64,000 bases of DNA from an uncultured bacterium (GCA_963722385.1 CAVRKK010000001.1:256001-320000); one strand, 5' to 3'. Positions 1 to 10,860 are shown, counted from the stretch's first letter. The notes: generated by a model not told the origin, from the letters alone. Numbers and translations: made by a program.

Positions 1-234
1 GCTATCTCACTACTTGTAGTATCAGGTGCAACCCAAGCGGCTCAATGGAATTGCAAATTTTCGGAAAGAACTTCGGAAGGAACTGTTGGTTTTATGGGAT
101 CAGGGGCAACGCAAGAGAAAGCGAGCAAGGATGCCATAGCGGAGTGCAATCATGCAAATACGCTTTTTGAACATAAGCCCTATGTATGTAATCCAAATGA
201 TGTGGTAATGAGCTGCACCATTGTAAATGACTAA
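1..234 (+). CDS. 5'-truncated small secreted Cys-containing hypothetical protein
   Basis: Frame 1 is open from the window edge: AISLLVVSGATQA-AQWNCKF...CNH...CNP...CTIVND*. It shows the end of a signal peptide and 4 Cys, with TAA at 232-234. Confidence 0.65.
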   Translation, partial: AISLLVVSGATQAAQWNCKFSERTSEGTVGFMGSGATQEKASKDAIAECNHANTLFEHKPYVCNPNDVVMSCTIVND

Positions 235-304
235 GCTAAGCTAAAGCACTTGGTGAAGGTTTTTTATAGAGAAGGCCGCAAAACTAGCATATGTAGTCAA
301 CAAC

Positions 305-336
305 AAATCCCAGGATTAAACCTGGGATTTTTCTTT
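305..336 (+). terminator. intrinsic terminator
   Basis: AAATCCCAGG-ATTAAA-CCTGGGATTT followed by TTCTTT, between convergent genes. Confidence 0.75.
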
Positions 337-418
337 GCGTACTTTTAGCAAGAGGCTGGTGAGTCTAAAGGAGCAAGCGTCGCAACCGAAGAATAAATAC
401 ATGACTTGCAAATTACGA

Positions 419-1183
419 CTACTTTTCTTGCAACAGACTGGAGCTTAAAACTCCCCGCTCTATGAGCTGCTTTTCTACGGCATATGCGTCATTATGCTCA
501 AAATGAATCGCTTGCATGCCGCATTTAATCGCACCATCGACGTTATTTTTTTGGTCATCAATAAAGATGCAGTCTTTCGGATTCAGCTTTTCTCTCTCAA
601 GTAAATAGTGATAAATTGCAGGATCTGGCTTAACATAACCGATAAGGCCTGAAGCATAAATATGCTCCGAGGCAAAATGCTTAAAAATAACCTGAAGCTC
701 CGGTCGTTGATACATTTTCAGAAAAGATTCACGGTCCCAATTGGAAAGAACATACCGGGAGGAACCAGTCTTTGAACATTTTTCTAAAAGGCTCACCATA
801 TTCTGTTTGGGCTGTATGCTCTTTGCAAAAAGATCCGGGGTAAAAATCCACCTTAATATGCTTTGAACCAACTCTCGTTCTTGGCCGTCAAAATTCGGAG
901 CAGCTTGGATCCGCTTTAGGGCCTTGGCCAACATCTCGCTGTCTGAAATAAACCCGGCGAACCAATCACGCACCAATTGGGGTAATTCCTTAACGGTCGC
1001 ATAACGGGCTGCATCACCTTCAGAAAGCATCTTTGCCAACATACCATTTAACATTTCTTGGTTTAAGGCACCATACGTGCGCTGAAGGTAGAGGCAGTTA
1101 TCATAACCAATATCCTGAGCAACAGCAAAGCAATCAGGTTCAACGAGCGTGTATCCTAAATCCCAGATCAGAGCAGTACGCAT
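419..1183 (-). CDS. HAD-superfamily hydrolase (HAD-IA)
   Basis: Motif I WDLGYTL, motif II LSN, motif III KPDPAIY, motif IV FIDD. Confidence 0.85.
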   Translation of the reverse strand: MRTALIWDLGYTLVEPDCFAVAQDIGYDNCLYLQRTYGALNQEMLNGMLAKMLSEGDAARYATVKELPQLVRDWFAGFISDSEMLAKALKRIQAAPNFDGQERELVQSILRWIFTPDLFAKSIQPKQNMVSLLEKCSKTGSSRYVLSNWDRESFLKMYQRPELQVIFKHFASEHIYASGLIGYVKPDPAIYHYLLEREKLNPKDCIFIDDQKNNVDGAIKCGMQAIHFEHNDAYAVEKQLIERGVLSSSLLQEK

Positions 1184-1253
1184 TTTCTACCCATATTCTT
1201 TGTAACCCACCACCAAGTATGATGGCGACCCGGGCAAAAAAGCAAGCTCACGC

Positions 1254-2732
1254 CTAATGTTCCAAGAAAGAGCAATCGAGATGATCTTTCATAATATGAG
1301 CAAAATCGTGCTTAATATGACCAAGGCAAGCAACATCATCACCCTCAAATCTCATGCTTAACATGGGCTCGGTGTTTGACATCCGCACAATTGCCCAGCC
1401 ATAGGGCAATTGAACGCGCACACCATCAACAAGCACTAATTCTGCGTCATCCCGGTGCCCAAAACTGGTTTTTAAATCACTAATAATCGCAGCACGCTTT
1501 TCATGCTCGCAGGGAATGCGATAGGTTGGCGAAGCGACCTTGTCAGGAAAAACGGCAAGGAGCTCATCTAACGATTTGCCTGTCTCTTGGAGAATCTCAA
1601 ATAAGCGCAAAGCGCTATAAATACCATCATCGTAGCCAAACAGCCCCGGGCGGTCGTTAAATACAAAGTGGCAGCTTATTTCGCCTCCAAGCACCGCATT
1701 TGCTTTCTTCATTGACGCTTTAATATTCGTATGGCCCGTCGCTGACATTACAGGTTTTGCTCCCCATAGCTCAAGCAGTTGTATTAAGCCACTCGAGGCA
1801 GAAACATCAAAAACGACATCTCGACCTGGATTTTTCTTAAGTATAGGTTCGCTAAAGATCGCTAAGAGCCGATCACCTGAAACAAGCTTTCCCGTCTTAG
1901 TCATGGGTGCCATACGGTCTGCATCACCATCAAATGCCAATCCAAGTGCAGCATCAGATGAAGCAAGCTCCTTTTTTAGATCTTCCATATACTTTTCAAC
2001 CGTAGGGTCGGCGACATGATGAGGATAGGTACCATCAACTTCGGCATACATAAGCTTTATTTTTGTCCAATTCATCTTTTCAACAAGCTGTGGCATAACG
2101 GTACCAGCTGCGCCATTTCCGCAATCAATAATCGCTGAAATATCCATACCAACCAGATGAGGAAACTGCTGGGCAAGCCAATCAATATACAGCGGAATTA
2201 CCGGGTGCTCACTATAGACGCCTGGCACGTGGACGCCATCGCTAAAATCTCGTGTCTTATAAATCTCACGAATTTCTTCTATCTGGGCACCGTATACTGA
2301 TTGCTTATGCAAACATATTTTAATACCATTGTACTCAGCGGGATTATGCGATGCTGTTATCATAAGCGCTGCATCGGTATTAAGCACATGCTGGGCAAAG
2401 TATAAGATGGGCGTCGTACAGGTGCCTATAAAAATAACATCAAACCCCATCTTCACCAATGCTTCAACAATATGTTGCTTGATGGCAGCCGAATGAATCC
2501 TGCCATCCATGCCAAGCGCAACGGTCTTTGCATCAGGGGCCTGCTTGCTAAAATAAGTACCTATAGCACGGGCTATATCATAACAATCAGCTACCTGAAA
2601 GTCTTTATCAACGACGCCTCTTAAGTCGTACGCTTTGAACACCGTATCATCAGCCTTGGGTGAGGCAAAAAAAAAGAAACATGAGAGCGCAACCACCGAC
2701 AGCAAATAAATGATATCTCCGATCTTCATCAT
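1254..2732 (-). CDS. phosphomannomutase/phosphoglucomutase with N-terminal hydrophobic extension
   Basis: FKAYDLRG, TASHNP phosphoserine loop, DGDADR metal loop, GEISCH. AAGGAGG SD upstream of the ATG at 2732. Confidence 0.92.
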   Translation of the reverse strand: MMKIGDIIYLLSVVALSCFFFFASPKADDTVFKAYDLRGVVDKDFQVADCYDIARAIGTYFSKQAPDAKTVALGMDGRIHSAAIKQHIVEALVKMGFDVIFIGTCTTPILYFAQHVLNTDAALMITASHNPAEYNGIKICLHKQSVYGAQIEEIREIYKTRDFSDGVHVPGVYSEHPVIPLYIDWLAQQFPHLVGMDISAIIDCGNGAAGTVMPQLVEKMNWTKIKLMYAEVDGTYPHHVADPTVEKYMEDLKKELASSDAALGLAFDGDADRMAPMTKTGKLVSGDRLLAIFSEPILKKNPGRDVVFDVSASSGLIQLLELWGAKPVMSATGHTNIKASMKKANAVLGGEISCHFVFNDRPGLFGYDDGIYSALRLFEILQETGKSLDELLAVFPDKVASPTYRIPCEHEKRAAIISDLKTSFGHRDDAELVLVDGVRVQLPYGWAIVRMSNTEPMLSMRFEGDDVACLGHIKHDFAHIMKDHLDCSFLEH

Positions 2733-2832
2733 AAGCATCCTCCTTGGATTGGTAAGTTTATGAGATAGCATAGAAAAAACAGAGAAAATGAAAAGGAAAT
2801 TCTTTAGAAAAAAAGCAAAAAGCTGAAAAAAG

Positions 2833-3042
2833 CTACCAGCATGCTATTTTAAGATTAAACGACAAAATACCAAACTGCTCAAGCAAGAACAAAACGGCAG
2901 TCATCACGAGCGAAAGCACCACGACACCAAGAAGGCCGCGCTGCCTCACATGGTAAAAGGTACTATATAAGCTATCAAAAAAGAGAACGACGCAAAAAAA
3001 ACCCAAAAAGAGTACGCCGTAAGACACAATTTTACTTATCAT
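2833..3042 (-). CDS. small membrane protein
   Basis: 69 aa with two hydrophobic segments; GAGGA SD upstream. Confidence 0.55.
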   Translation of the reverse strand: MISKIVSYGVLFLGFFCVVLFFDSLYSTFYHVRQRGLLGVVVLSLVMTAVLFLLEQFGILSFNLKIACW

Positions 3043-3166
3043 TGATCTTTCCTCTTTTGCTCATGGTACACCAATACGAGTCTACGCGTGATTAACGTTT
3101 GAACATATACGTTAAGATAGAACAGACCAAAAGAAAAGTGCAATATTTTTAAAACATGCTTGTAAA

Positions 3167-3949
3167 TTAAGACTGGGTGCTTTTATTGCCGCTTAAGTAT
3201 TCCAAAACACGAGAAGCATATAAGAGCTCTTCTGATGTTTCAGCAATGTTTCCCTCAGTAACATCAAGCTTGCGGTGAATTTCTTGTCGCGCTTGCTCTT
3301 CCTTATGCAAAGTCTCAATTTCATCGAGCGAAACAAGTTTATATCCTTCTTCATAAGCCATATCAGCTTCACCTTGATACAAAAGCTTGGCCAGGTTCGT
3401 AAAGCTGTCTTTGCTTGCGGAGTAACACGGGGCACCACGGATGTGCCAATTATTTCGAGCAATATCAAAATAGAAGAGCTGAATGCGGATGTTGCCATAG
3501 TTCCCATGGAAATATTTTTTGAACACAAACGCTATAAAGGGCGCACCTTCAGCGTCATAGCTTAAGAAATAAGGCTTGCCCGCGGCCAAAAAATCATCTA
3601 ATGTTATACTGGTAACGAGAGCGGACGGTTTCTCGAGGAGGATTCGTCGGGTAAGATCAAAAGTAAGCAATGGCACTGCCTCACGCCACGGCATGCCAAA
3701 AGCATTTACTATGGCACGGGTAAAAGCAGAAAAAAGCTCCTGATGTTGCTGATTTGCTAAAATATTTTTAAAGACTAATAAGGCTTGATCGACTTGCTGT
3801 TGCTCAATTAGAGCATTATCTCTAATTTGGGCTACCTCGGATATATCAAAGCCCTGTCCCATAAATGGTGCTGACTCTTCCATACCAAGTAGAGAACTAA
3901 CAAAGCCAACAACTATCAATAGGTGATAATAACGCACACGATGAATCAT
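3167..3949 (-). CDS. secreted hypothetical protein
   Basis: Signal peptide ending LLG followed by MEE; GAGG SD. Confidence 0.7.
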   Translation of the reverse strand: MIHRVRYYHLLIVVGFVSSLLGMEESAPFMGQGFDISEVAQIRDNALIEQQQVDQALLVFKNILANQQHQELFSAFTRAIVNAFGMPWREAVPLLTFDLTRRILLEKPSALVTSITLDDFLAAGKPYFLSYDAEGAPFIAFVFKKYFHGNYGNIRIQLFYFDIARNNWHIRGAPCYSASKDSFTNLAKLLYQGEADMAYEEGYKLVSLDEIETLHKEEQARQEIHRKLDVTEGNIAETSEELLYASRVLEYLSGNKSTQS

Positions 3950-4180
3950 AGATTACCTCACTAACTTATACGCTTAAATAAGTATGCTTCTGGTCGTACT
4001 TATAGAGCTTAACAAGCCTTCCTGTAACATCTTCTATTGTCTGGTCTTTGATCATTACAAACTTTCTCCCTGGCTTGAGCAAGAATCATACTTAATAGTA
4101 GCATAAACTCCTTGTTTAGGCTATCTCTCGTACTGGCCCAGTAATTGGCAAGAAAAATATGCGCTCAACTATTTATCAAG

Positions 4181-6736
4181 TTAGTTTTGAGTGCCAAGAA
4201 CACCGAGCGCTGATTTCAGATAAGCGGCAGTGGCACTTTTTTGATCAAGCGCTACTTGCTCAGGGGTTCCTTGCGCAACAATCTGACCGCCCTCCTCGCC
4301 GCCTTCAGGACCAAGATCGATAAGGTAGTCCGCTACCTTCAGCACGTCTATATTATGCTCGATCACCATGACAGAATTACCTTTATCAACAAGACGATTC
4401 AGCACCTTAAGAAGCTTTTCTATGTCGCTTGCATGTAAACCTGTTGTTGGCTCATCCAAAATATAGAGGGTCTTTTGTCCCCTTTTAGCAAGCTCGTCAA
4501 CAAGCTTAATACGTTGTGCTTCACCGCCAGAAAGCGTTGTCGAAGGCTGCCCAAGCTTAAGATAATCAAGGCCAACGTCAACCATAAGTCGCAGCCTTTT
4601 AGCCAATGCCATATGGTTGGCAAAAAATGCAAGTGCCTCATGCGCGGTCATATCAAGAACCTGTGCTATATTTTTACCCTTATAAAGAATTTCAAGCGTT
4701 TGCTGATTATAGCGAAGGCCCTTGCAGCGACTGCACATAATCGTTACATCGGGCAAAAAATGCATTGAAATCGTCAGCACACCCTCACCGTTGCACTGGG
4801 CACAACGCCCTTCTTTAACATTAAAGCTGAAGCGTCCCACGGCGTAACCGCGCGCATTGCTCTCAGGCAAACTCGCAAATAATCTTCTAATTTCATCAAA
4901 AATGCCAAGATAGGTTGCCGGGTTAGAGCGCGGCGTCCGGCCTATGGGGCTCTGATCGATAACTACCAGAGAATCGAGCTGCGCAAAATTTTGAATTTTA
5001 TCAAAAGTTATCTGCCGATGCTTATGAAGAAGAGCGTGCTTTAAAGCAGGAACAAGTTCTTCCATGACCAGCGTACTTTTGCCAGAGCCCGAGACCCCTG
5101 AAATACAACAGAAAACACCTAAAGGAAATGCTACCGTAAGATTCTTCAGATTATGCGTCGATGCCTGCTTGAGCACCAGAAATTCAGCCGGCTGGCGCGC
5201 AGGGCCATGCCGCTTAATAGCTTGCTTGCCTGCAAGGTACGCACCCGTTATAGAGCCAGCAGCCGTACTAATAGAGTCAGGAGAACCAGCAGCAATAACG
5301 TTCCCTCCTTGTACGCCGGCAGCAGGCCCCATATCGATAATATAGTCGGCATGGCGCATCGTATCTAAATCGTGCTCAACAACAAGCACCGTATTGCCTT
5401 GATCACGAAGCTTTTTCAAGGTAACAATCAGCCGATCATTGTCTCGTTGATGCAGCCCAATACTTGGCTCATCAAGCACATAGAGGACGCCGCTCAACGC
5501 GGAGCCTATCTGCGTCGCTAACCGAATCCGCTGGCTTTCACCACCTGAAAGGGTACGAGCAGTCCTATTAAGCGTTAAGTAGCCAAGGCCTACATCAGAT
5601 AAAAAGGTATAGCGATTACGGATCTCAATAAGAAGGCGCTCAACAATAGTTTTTTGGGTTTGATCAAGCTCGAGCGCGCCAAAAAAGAGCAATGCTCGCT
5701 TAACAGAGAGCTGGCTCGCTTCGTAGATATTCAGACCACCAACCGTAACAGAAAGCGGTAATGCGCTTAAGCGACGGCCATTACATTCAGTACACGTAGC
5801 TTCAGCATGCTCCTGCTCATCGCGCTTATGCCACAGCGGCCTGGTAGGCGCAACAAAGAGAATCCCCAAACCATGACACTTTTTGCACGCTCCCACCGGT
5901 GAATTAAAGGAAAAGAGCCGTGGCTCAATCTCACCAAACGAACGAGCACAAGGAATGCACATCCGCTGCGATGAATAGACATAATGTTCCTGACCGACCA
6001 TGATCTTGCACAGGCCTTGAGCAAGCTCAAATGCTTTCTCAAGTGCCTCATGGACGCGTGCAGATTCCTCTAGGCTTACATCAATGGTATCAATAAGCAC
6101 ATCAATGGAATGCTTATGCGTCCGCTTGAGTGCAAGCTTTCGGATGTCTTCGGGAGATTTAAAGCGCTCATGCTTCCCGTCAATAATAAAGCGGTAAAAG
6201 CCGCTTAAAAAAAGCTTTTCAAGATCAGCAACAAACTCCCCCTTTTTCTCGATAACAACCGGAGCTGAGACAGTAATTGTTTGGTTGACAAACATGCTTT
6301 GAAGCCGCTGCGCAATCGTTTCTGGCGACTCCGCTTGTACAGGCTTGCTGCAGCTTGGGCAATTTAGCGTGCCAATGCGCGCAAAAAGGACCCGAAGATA
6401 ATCGTAAATTTCCGTTATGGTGCCAACGGTAGAGCGCGGATTGGCACCCACCGTCTTCTGGTCAATGGCAATAGCAGGGCATAAGCCTTCGATGCGGTCA
6501 ACATTGGGCTTGGGTGGCACCCCTAAAAACTGTCGCGCATATGATGATAATGACTCGATATAGCGGCGCTGACCCTCAGCATACAAAACATCCAATGCCA
6601 ACGTGCTCTTGCCCGACCCCGATGGCCCCGTGATGACCGTTACCGACTCCTTAGGAATAGCAACCGTCAGATCTTTGAGGTTATGCTCGCGCGCACCAAT
6701 TACCGTAATCCACTTTTTTGCTTCCACAACCATCAC
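4181..6736 (-). CDS. uvrA: excinuclease ABC subunit A (compact form)
   Basis: GAREHNLK, two Walker A motifs (GPSGSGKS, GVSGSGKS), LSGGE signatures, Zn fingers, RTPRSNPATY. Confidence 0.97.
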   Translation of the reverse strand: MMVVEAKKWITVIGAREHNLKDLTVAIPKESVTVITGPSGSGKSTLALDVLYAEGQRRYIESLSSYARQFLGVPPKPNVDRIEGLCPAIAIDQKTVGANPRSTVGTITEIYDYLRVLFARIGTLNCPSCSKPVQAESPETIAQRLQSMFVNQTITVSAPVVIEKKGEFVADLEKLFLSGFYRFIIDGKHERFKSPEDIRKLALKRTHKHSIDVLIDTIDVSLEESARVHEALEKAFELAQGLCKIMVGQEHYVYSSQRMCIPCARSFGEIEPRLFSFNSPVGACKKCHGLGILFVAPTRPLWHKRDEQEHAEATCTECNGRRLSALPLSVTVGGLNIYEASQLSVKRALLFFGALELDQTQKTIVERLLIEIRNRYTFLSDVGLGYLTLNRTARTLSGGESQRIRLATQIGSALSGVLYVLDEPSIGLHQRDNDRLIVTLKKLRDQGNTVLVVEHDLDTMRHADYIIDMGPAAGVQGGNVIAAGSPDSISTAAGSITGAYLAGKQAIKRHGPARQPAEFLVLKQASTHNLKNLTVAFPLGVFCCISGVSGSGKSTLVMEELVPALKHALLHKHRQITFDKIQNFAQLDSLVVIDQSPIGRTPRSNPATYLGIFDEIRRLFASLPESNARGYAVGRFSFNVKEGRCAQCNGEGVLTISMHFLPDVTIMCSRCKGLRYNQQTLEILYKGKNIAQVLDMTAHEALAFFANHMALAKRLRLMVDVGLDYLKLGQPSTTLSGGEAQRIKLVDELAKRGQKTLYILDEPTTGLHASDIEKLLKVLNRLVDKGNSVMVIEHNIDVLKVADYLIDLGPEGGEEGGQIVAQGTPEQVALDQKSATAAYLKSALGVLGTQN

Positions 6737-6924
6737 CTTGAGGTATTATGTTCTAGTATAGCATAGTGCTCGATGAGTTCGAGCACCTAATTTAATTACA
6801 TATTAAAATAATTATAGATAAAAAAATAATTTTGTAAATAATAATTGAAAGATTTTAGTAGGCAAAATTGCACTTAAATACACAGATTTGCTATAATATA
6901 CCAAAACAACCGTAGGAACTTCCG

Positions 6925-7356
6925 ATGATCCCTATTCTTTCTTTTTGCCTTTTAATCTTACCCGGGGCCTCCCTGGCGGCAGCCTCGAGTCCAACATTTT
7001 TTATAGAAGATGAGCGGTATATTGCTCATCTTGAGCAGGGGTACCTGAGCCAACAATTACGCGAGTCGATATTGCATAGAGACCACCAGGCGCTCCTCCA
7101 GGCAATCAACGATGGCGCCTCTGTCAACTCAATATACCAATGGGATTCGTGTCGTGGCACTCCGCTTCATTTGCTTGCCTACAGCTTTGGCGGTGTCTTG
7201 GGTCTGGCTCAACTTCTTATCGATCATGATGCGCCTATCAATGCTCTCGATCACGAAGGACTAACCCCCCTCGATAGAGCAATATTTTGCAATAACAGCG
7301 AACTGAAAGACTTTTTGGCACAGCGTGGCGCGATATCAGCCTTATTACCCCAATAA
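6925..7356 (+). CDS. small secreted ankyrin-repeat protein
   Basis: Signal peptide; GTPLHLLA and GLTPLDRA ankyrin repeats. Confidence 0.85.
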   Translation: MIPILSFCLLILPGASLAAASSPTFFIEDERYIAHLEQGYLSQQLRESILHRDHQALLQAINDGASVNSIYQWDSCRGTPLHLLAYSFGGVLGLAQLLIDHDAPINALDHEGLTPLDRAIFCNNSELKDFLAQRGAISALLPQ

Positions 7357-7409
7357 CAACTAATCAGGATTGTTTGTTGCGAGCACTTCCGTAAAAAATA
7401 AAGGATATT

Positions 7410-9068
7410 ATGAAAAGTACTCTTTTCGGATGCTTGTGCTTATGGCTTAGCGTCAATACGTTTGTTACTGGTATGAAAGCTGACGAGAAAGAAAAAGAGA
7501 AAGAATACGAAACTCCTCCAAGCAATAGTTCTCAGCATGAACTTGATGAAGGCGAGAAAAAAACAAAATCTGAGTGGAGAGCCGAAGCACAAACTGAGCT
7601 TTTTGATGCTATGACAGAAAGTATTATCAATCGAGTTTGGCAGGGAATTCGTGTAGGTGCCGCAGATGAATTACTTGATTCAGAACTCGTAGGCGCAGCT
7701 GTTGATCTCGAAAAAGCACGTTGAGCCTTGGAAAATGGCGCTGATCCCAATTCGTGGAGAGGTCTCCACTTCGGACTATTTGACCAGGATGAAGAAGAAA
7801 TCTATGAAGAGGAATTTCGAGGGGAATTATCAGGACCTCTCTTACTCGCTTCCCAAATAGGGAACATTGAACTGGCCAAATTGCTTATCGAGTATGGCGC
7901 TCATATTGATTTACCTGATGTCCGCAACATAACACCGTTAGGAAACGCTATAGATAATGGTTATTATCAGTTGGCACGCGCCTTGCTTGAGCATGGTGCA
8001 GCTATTTCTTTCGAACATATATGTGCAGAATTAGCAAAAGGGGAGGACTATAAGGGTAATCCTGCTCCAACAAGCCTAGATTTTGTTAAATTACTTATTG
8101 CGTATGGCTTTAACCTTCATAATCACATTCGACCTCTATCTGCATATTTAGAAGCAATGTTGAGGTCACTTAATGAGACCATCCAGCAACTTGAGAATCC
8201 CCAGGAACTAGAAAAAAGTAGAGCATTATCGCAAACATCAAATCAATTAGGTGATGTACCCGGCTTAAGGCACATGGGCTACTTATCTTGGTTGCTCGAG
8301 AATGCCGAAGATCCTCAATTCATAGCAAACTATAAGGCGAAACAAGCACAGATATCAGACCTAGCTTGGGAGCTTGTTTCCTATGGCGCTTTTAATAGCG
8401 ATGAGCTCTTACCTACTTTACGCACGCTCGTAGCTGAGCTCAACGTACCTGAACTTCTGCAGGCTATCCTTTTTGATACCGATAAAGCTCTAGAACGCCT
8501 CAAAGAATTCACTTTCTATAATCCTGATACTGATCAATCTCACAAAATTTCCCTTGTTAATGCAAGCCTCGCCTTAGCAGCCGCATATGGAAACTTACAG
8601 ATCATAGCATTTATTGTTGAAAATCTAAGGTCATTTCTTACTGATGATGCCACCGATAAAGCATTCGCCCGCACAGCTTTTGCAGGGCAACTTCGTGTAT
8701 TGCATATTTTAAGGCTGTTAATATCTGATGATCGCCTTTTAACTCTCATCACTGAAAACTTACAAATAATAGCTGCCCAACAGCGCGAAGACGTTGTTAT
8801 ATATCTTATGACGCTTGCCGAAGAGCTTCCTACCTATCCAAGGATTGATATTCTACCAGTAAGTAATTTTCTGAGCATCCTACTTCGTAATCAAAAATTA
8901 CCAGACAAAACTAAGAACAATTACCTCCGGATTCAAAATTTTCTATGGAGTTACCTGCTTAATCATATTGCAACAAGCACCACACCGAGCCATTTGGGCC
9001 AATTGCCACCCGAGCTCCACTTCCACCTTGCAAAATTCATAAGCCCAGGTAAATTCAATGCAAAATAG
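7410..9068 (+). pseudogene. secreted ankyrin/F-box-like protein, copy 1, interrupted by one in-frame TGA
   Basis: ORFs 7410-7724 and 7728-9068 are in the same frame. TGA at 7722-7724 corresponds to CGA in paralog 10861-12528 (gcacgtTgagcc vs gcacgtCgagcc). Confidence 0.85.
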
Positions 9069-9101
9069 TTAACGATTTTATAGCTTTAAATTAAGGATTT
9101 T

Positions 9102-10826
9102 ATGAAAAAAAATGCACTTATAGGATTCATCAGCTTATGGCTCAGTGCTCATACTTTTGTTATGGGTATGGAGGATGGAAAAAGATCTGCGCCTGAGAGA
9201 GAAAAAAAGAAAGAGTACGAAACTCCTCCAAGCAAAAGATCCCGGCATGAAGTTGAAGAAGCTGAAGAAAAAAATAAACCTGCATGGAGCGCTGAAGCCC
9301 AAACCGAGCTTTTTAATGCAATATCAGGAAGCAATATCCATCAGGCTCGGTGGGCGCTTATTGGCTCAATGGACGTGACGCAGCAACTTGGAGATCTTGC
9401 ACGGGTAAGTATTGATCTCCAAAAAGCACGTAACGCTTTAGAAAATGGCGCTGATCCCAATTCATGGCACGACCTACATTTTGGCCTTCTTGATCCAGGC
9501 GAAGTAGAAGATCTTGGTACAGCTCTATCGAGCCCTTTATTATTCTCCACTCACATAGGAAATGCAGAATTGGTTGAGCTCCTTATCGAATTTGGTGCCG
9601 ATGTTAATGCAACATTGGCCGGAGATTTGCTGCCTTTAGAAAACGCTCTACATCTTGGTTATTATGCTGTAGCTCAAACCTTGCTTGCGCATGGCGCATC
9701 TATCGTGCCACAAGTGCTTGAGTCGTCAATAAGAGGGAATCTTAAGGATGAATATCAAGCCTTAGACTTTACTAAGTTACTTCTCGCCTACGGTCTTAAT
9801 CTTCACGACTTTACTGCAATACGTTGCCTATCGAAGTTCCTGACGAAGGAGATAAGGAGCCTTCGTAAGCATGTCAAGCAACTCGAAGACCCTGAGGAAA
9901 TAAAAAAGAATAAAGCTGAGTTGGCAAGGATTGAAACTCAATTATCAAAAGAAACACTTTCGGCAGATGGAAGATGTGTTATACGCACTCGCCCAGGGAT
10001 GACTGAATACTCAAGCATCCTTCCACAGGACCGCAGCATTCTTTCTTATCAAATTAAGCTAGCCGAAGATCCTCAATATATCGCAAACCAAAAAACTAAA
10101 CTCTCAAAATTATTGGAGCTCGCGCGGTGGCTTATTTCCTCTGGTGCATATAACGGCGATACGTTCCTGCCTCCTTTACGCATATTATTAGCCGAACTCA
10201 ACATGCCTGCGCTTCTTCAAGATATTCTTTTTGATACCGACAAAGCTCTAGAAAGCCTCAAAGAATTCACTTTCTATAATCCTGATATTTATCAACCTCA
10301 CGACATTTCCCTTGTTAATGCAAGCCTCGCCTTAGCAGCGGCATATGGAAACTTACGCATCGTAGAGTTTATTGTTGAAAAAATAAAATCATTTCTTACT
10401 GATGATGTCATCAATAACGCATTCGCCCGCGCCGCATTTGCAGGGCAACTTGCTGTATTGCACATTTTGAGACCGTTAATATCCGACGATCGCCTATTAA
10501 ATCTCATCCACGAAAGCCTTCCAATAGCATCTATACAACAGCACAAAGACGTTGTTATATATCTTATTACGCTTACTAAAGAGCTTCCTAACAATCCAAA
10601 GATTGATTTTGTGTCAATAAGTAACTTTTTGAGCATCTTACTGCGCAATAAAAATTTATCACAAGAAACCAAAAATAATTACCTTTGGATTCAAAACTTT
10701 CTGTGGAGTTCTCTGCTTAACGGTATTGGCACAAGCACCACACCGAGCCATTTGGGCCAATTGCCGCCCGAGCTCCACTTCCACCTCGCAAAATTCATAA
10801 GCGCAGGTAAATTCAGCGCAAAATAG
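9102..10826 (+). CDS. secreted ankyrin-repeat protein with C-terminal F-box-like motif, copy 2
   Basis: Signal peptide, ENGADPN, SPLL..GNAELVELLIEFGADVN, C-terminal LGQLPPELHFHLAKFI. Confidence 0.88.
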   Translation: MKKNALIGFISLWLSAHTFVMGMEDGKRSAPEREKKKEYETPPSKRSRHEVEEAEEKNKPAWSAEAQTELFNAISGSNIHQARWALIGSMDVTQQLGDLARVSIDLQKARNALENGADPNSWHDLHFGLLDPGEVEDLGTALSSPLLFSTHIGNAELVELLIEFGADVNATLAGDLLPLENALHLGYYAVAQTLLAHGASIVPQVLESSIRGNLKDEYQALDFTKLLLAYGLNLHDFTAIRCLSKFLTKEIRSLRKHVKQLEDPEEIKKNKAELARIETQLSKETLSADGRCVIRTRPGMTEYSSILPQDRSILSYQIKLAEDPQYIANQKTKLSKLLELARWLISSGAYNGDTFLPPLRILLAELNMPALLQDILFDTDKALESLKEFTFYNPDIYQPHDISLVNASLALAAAYGNLRIVEFIVEKIKSFLTDDVINNAFARAAFAGQLAVLHILRPLISDDRLLNLIHESLPIASIQQHKDVVIYLITLTKELPNNPKIDFVSISNFLSILLRNKNLSQETKNNYLWIQNFLWSSLLNGIGTSTTPSHLGQLPPELHFHLAKFISAGKFSAK

Positions 10827-10860
10827 GTAAATGCTTTATAGCTTTTGAATTAAGGACTTT

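Noticed and set aside
3960..4110. Tiny minus-strand ORF with AAGGAG SD and an LKPG-containing fragment
   Set aside because: Too short and ambiguous to assign; possibly a gene remnant.
1033..6051. Short ORFs overlapping the HAD, 3167 and uvrA genes
   Set aside because: Antisense or alternate-frame shadows of well-supported genes, with no motifs.
6766..6787. GTGCTCGA-N5-TCGAGCAC palindrome upstream of uvrA as an SOS box
   Set aside because: Does not match LexA boxes I know, and no second full copy is seen at other repair genes in the window.
7722..7724. Genome-wide TGA recoding
   Set aside because: Several intact genes here end in TGA and no core gene has an internal TGA.
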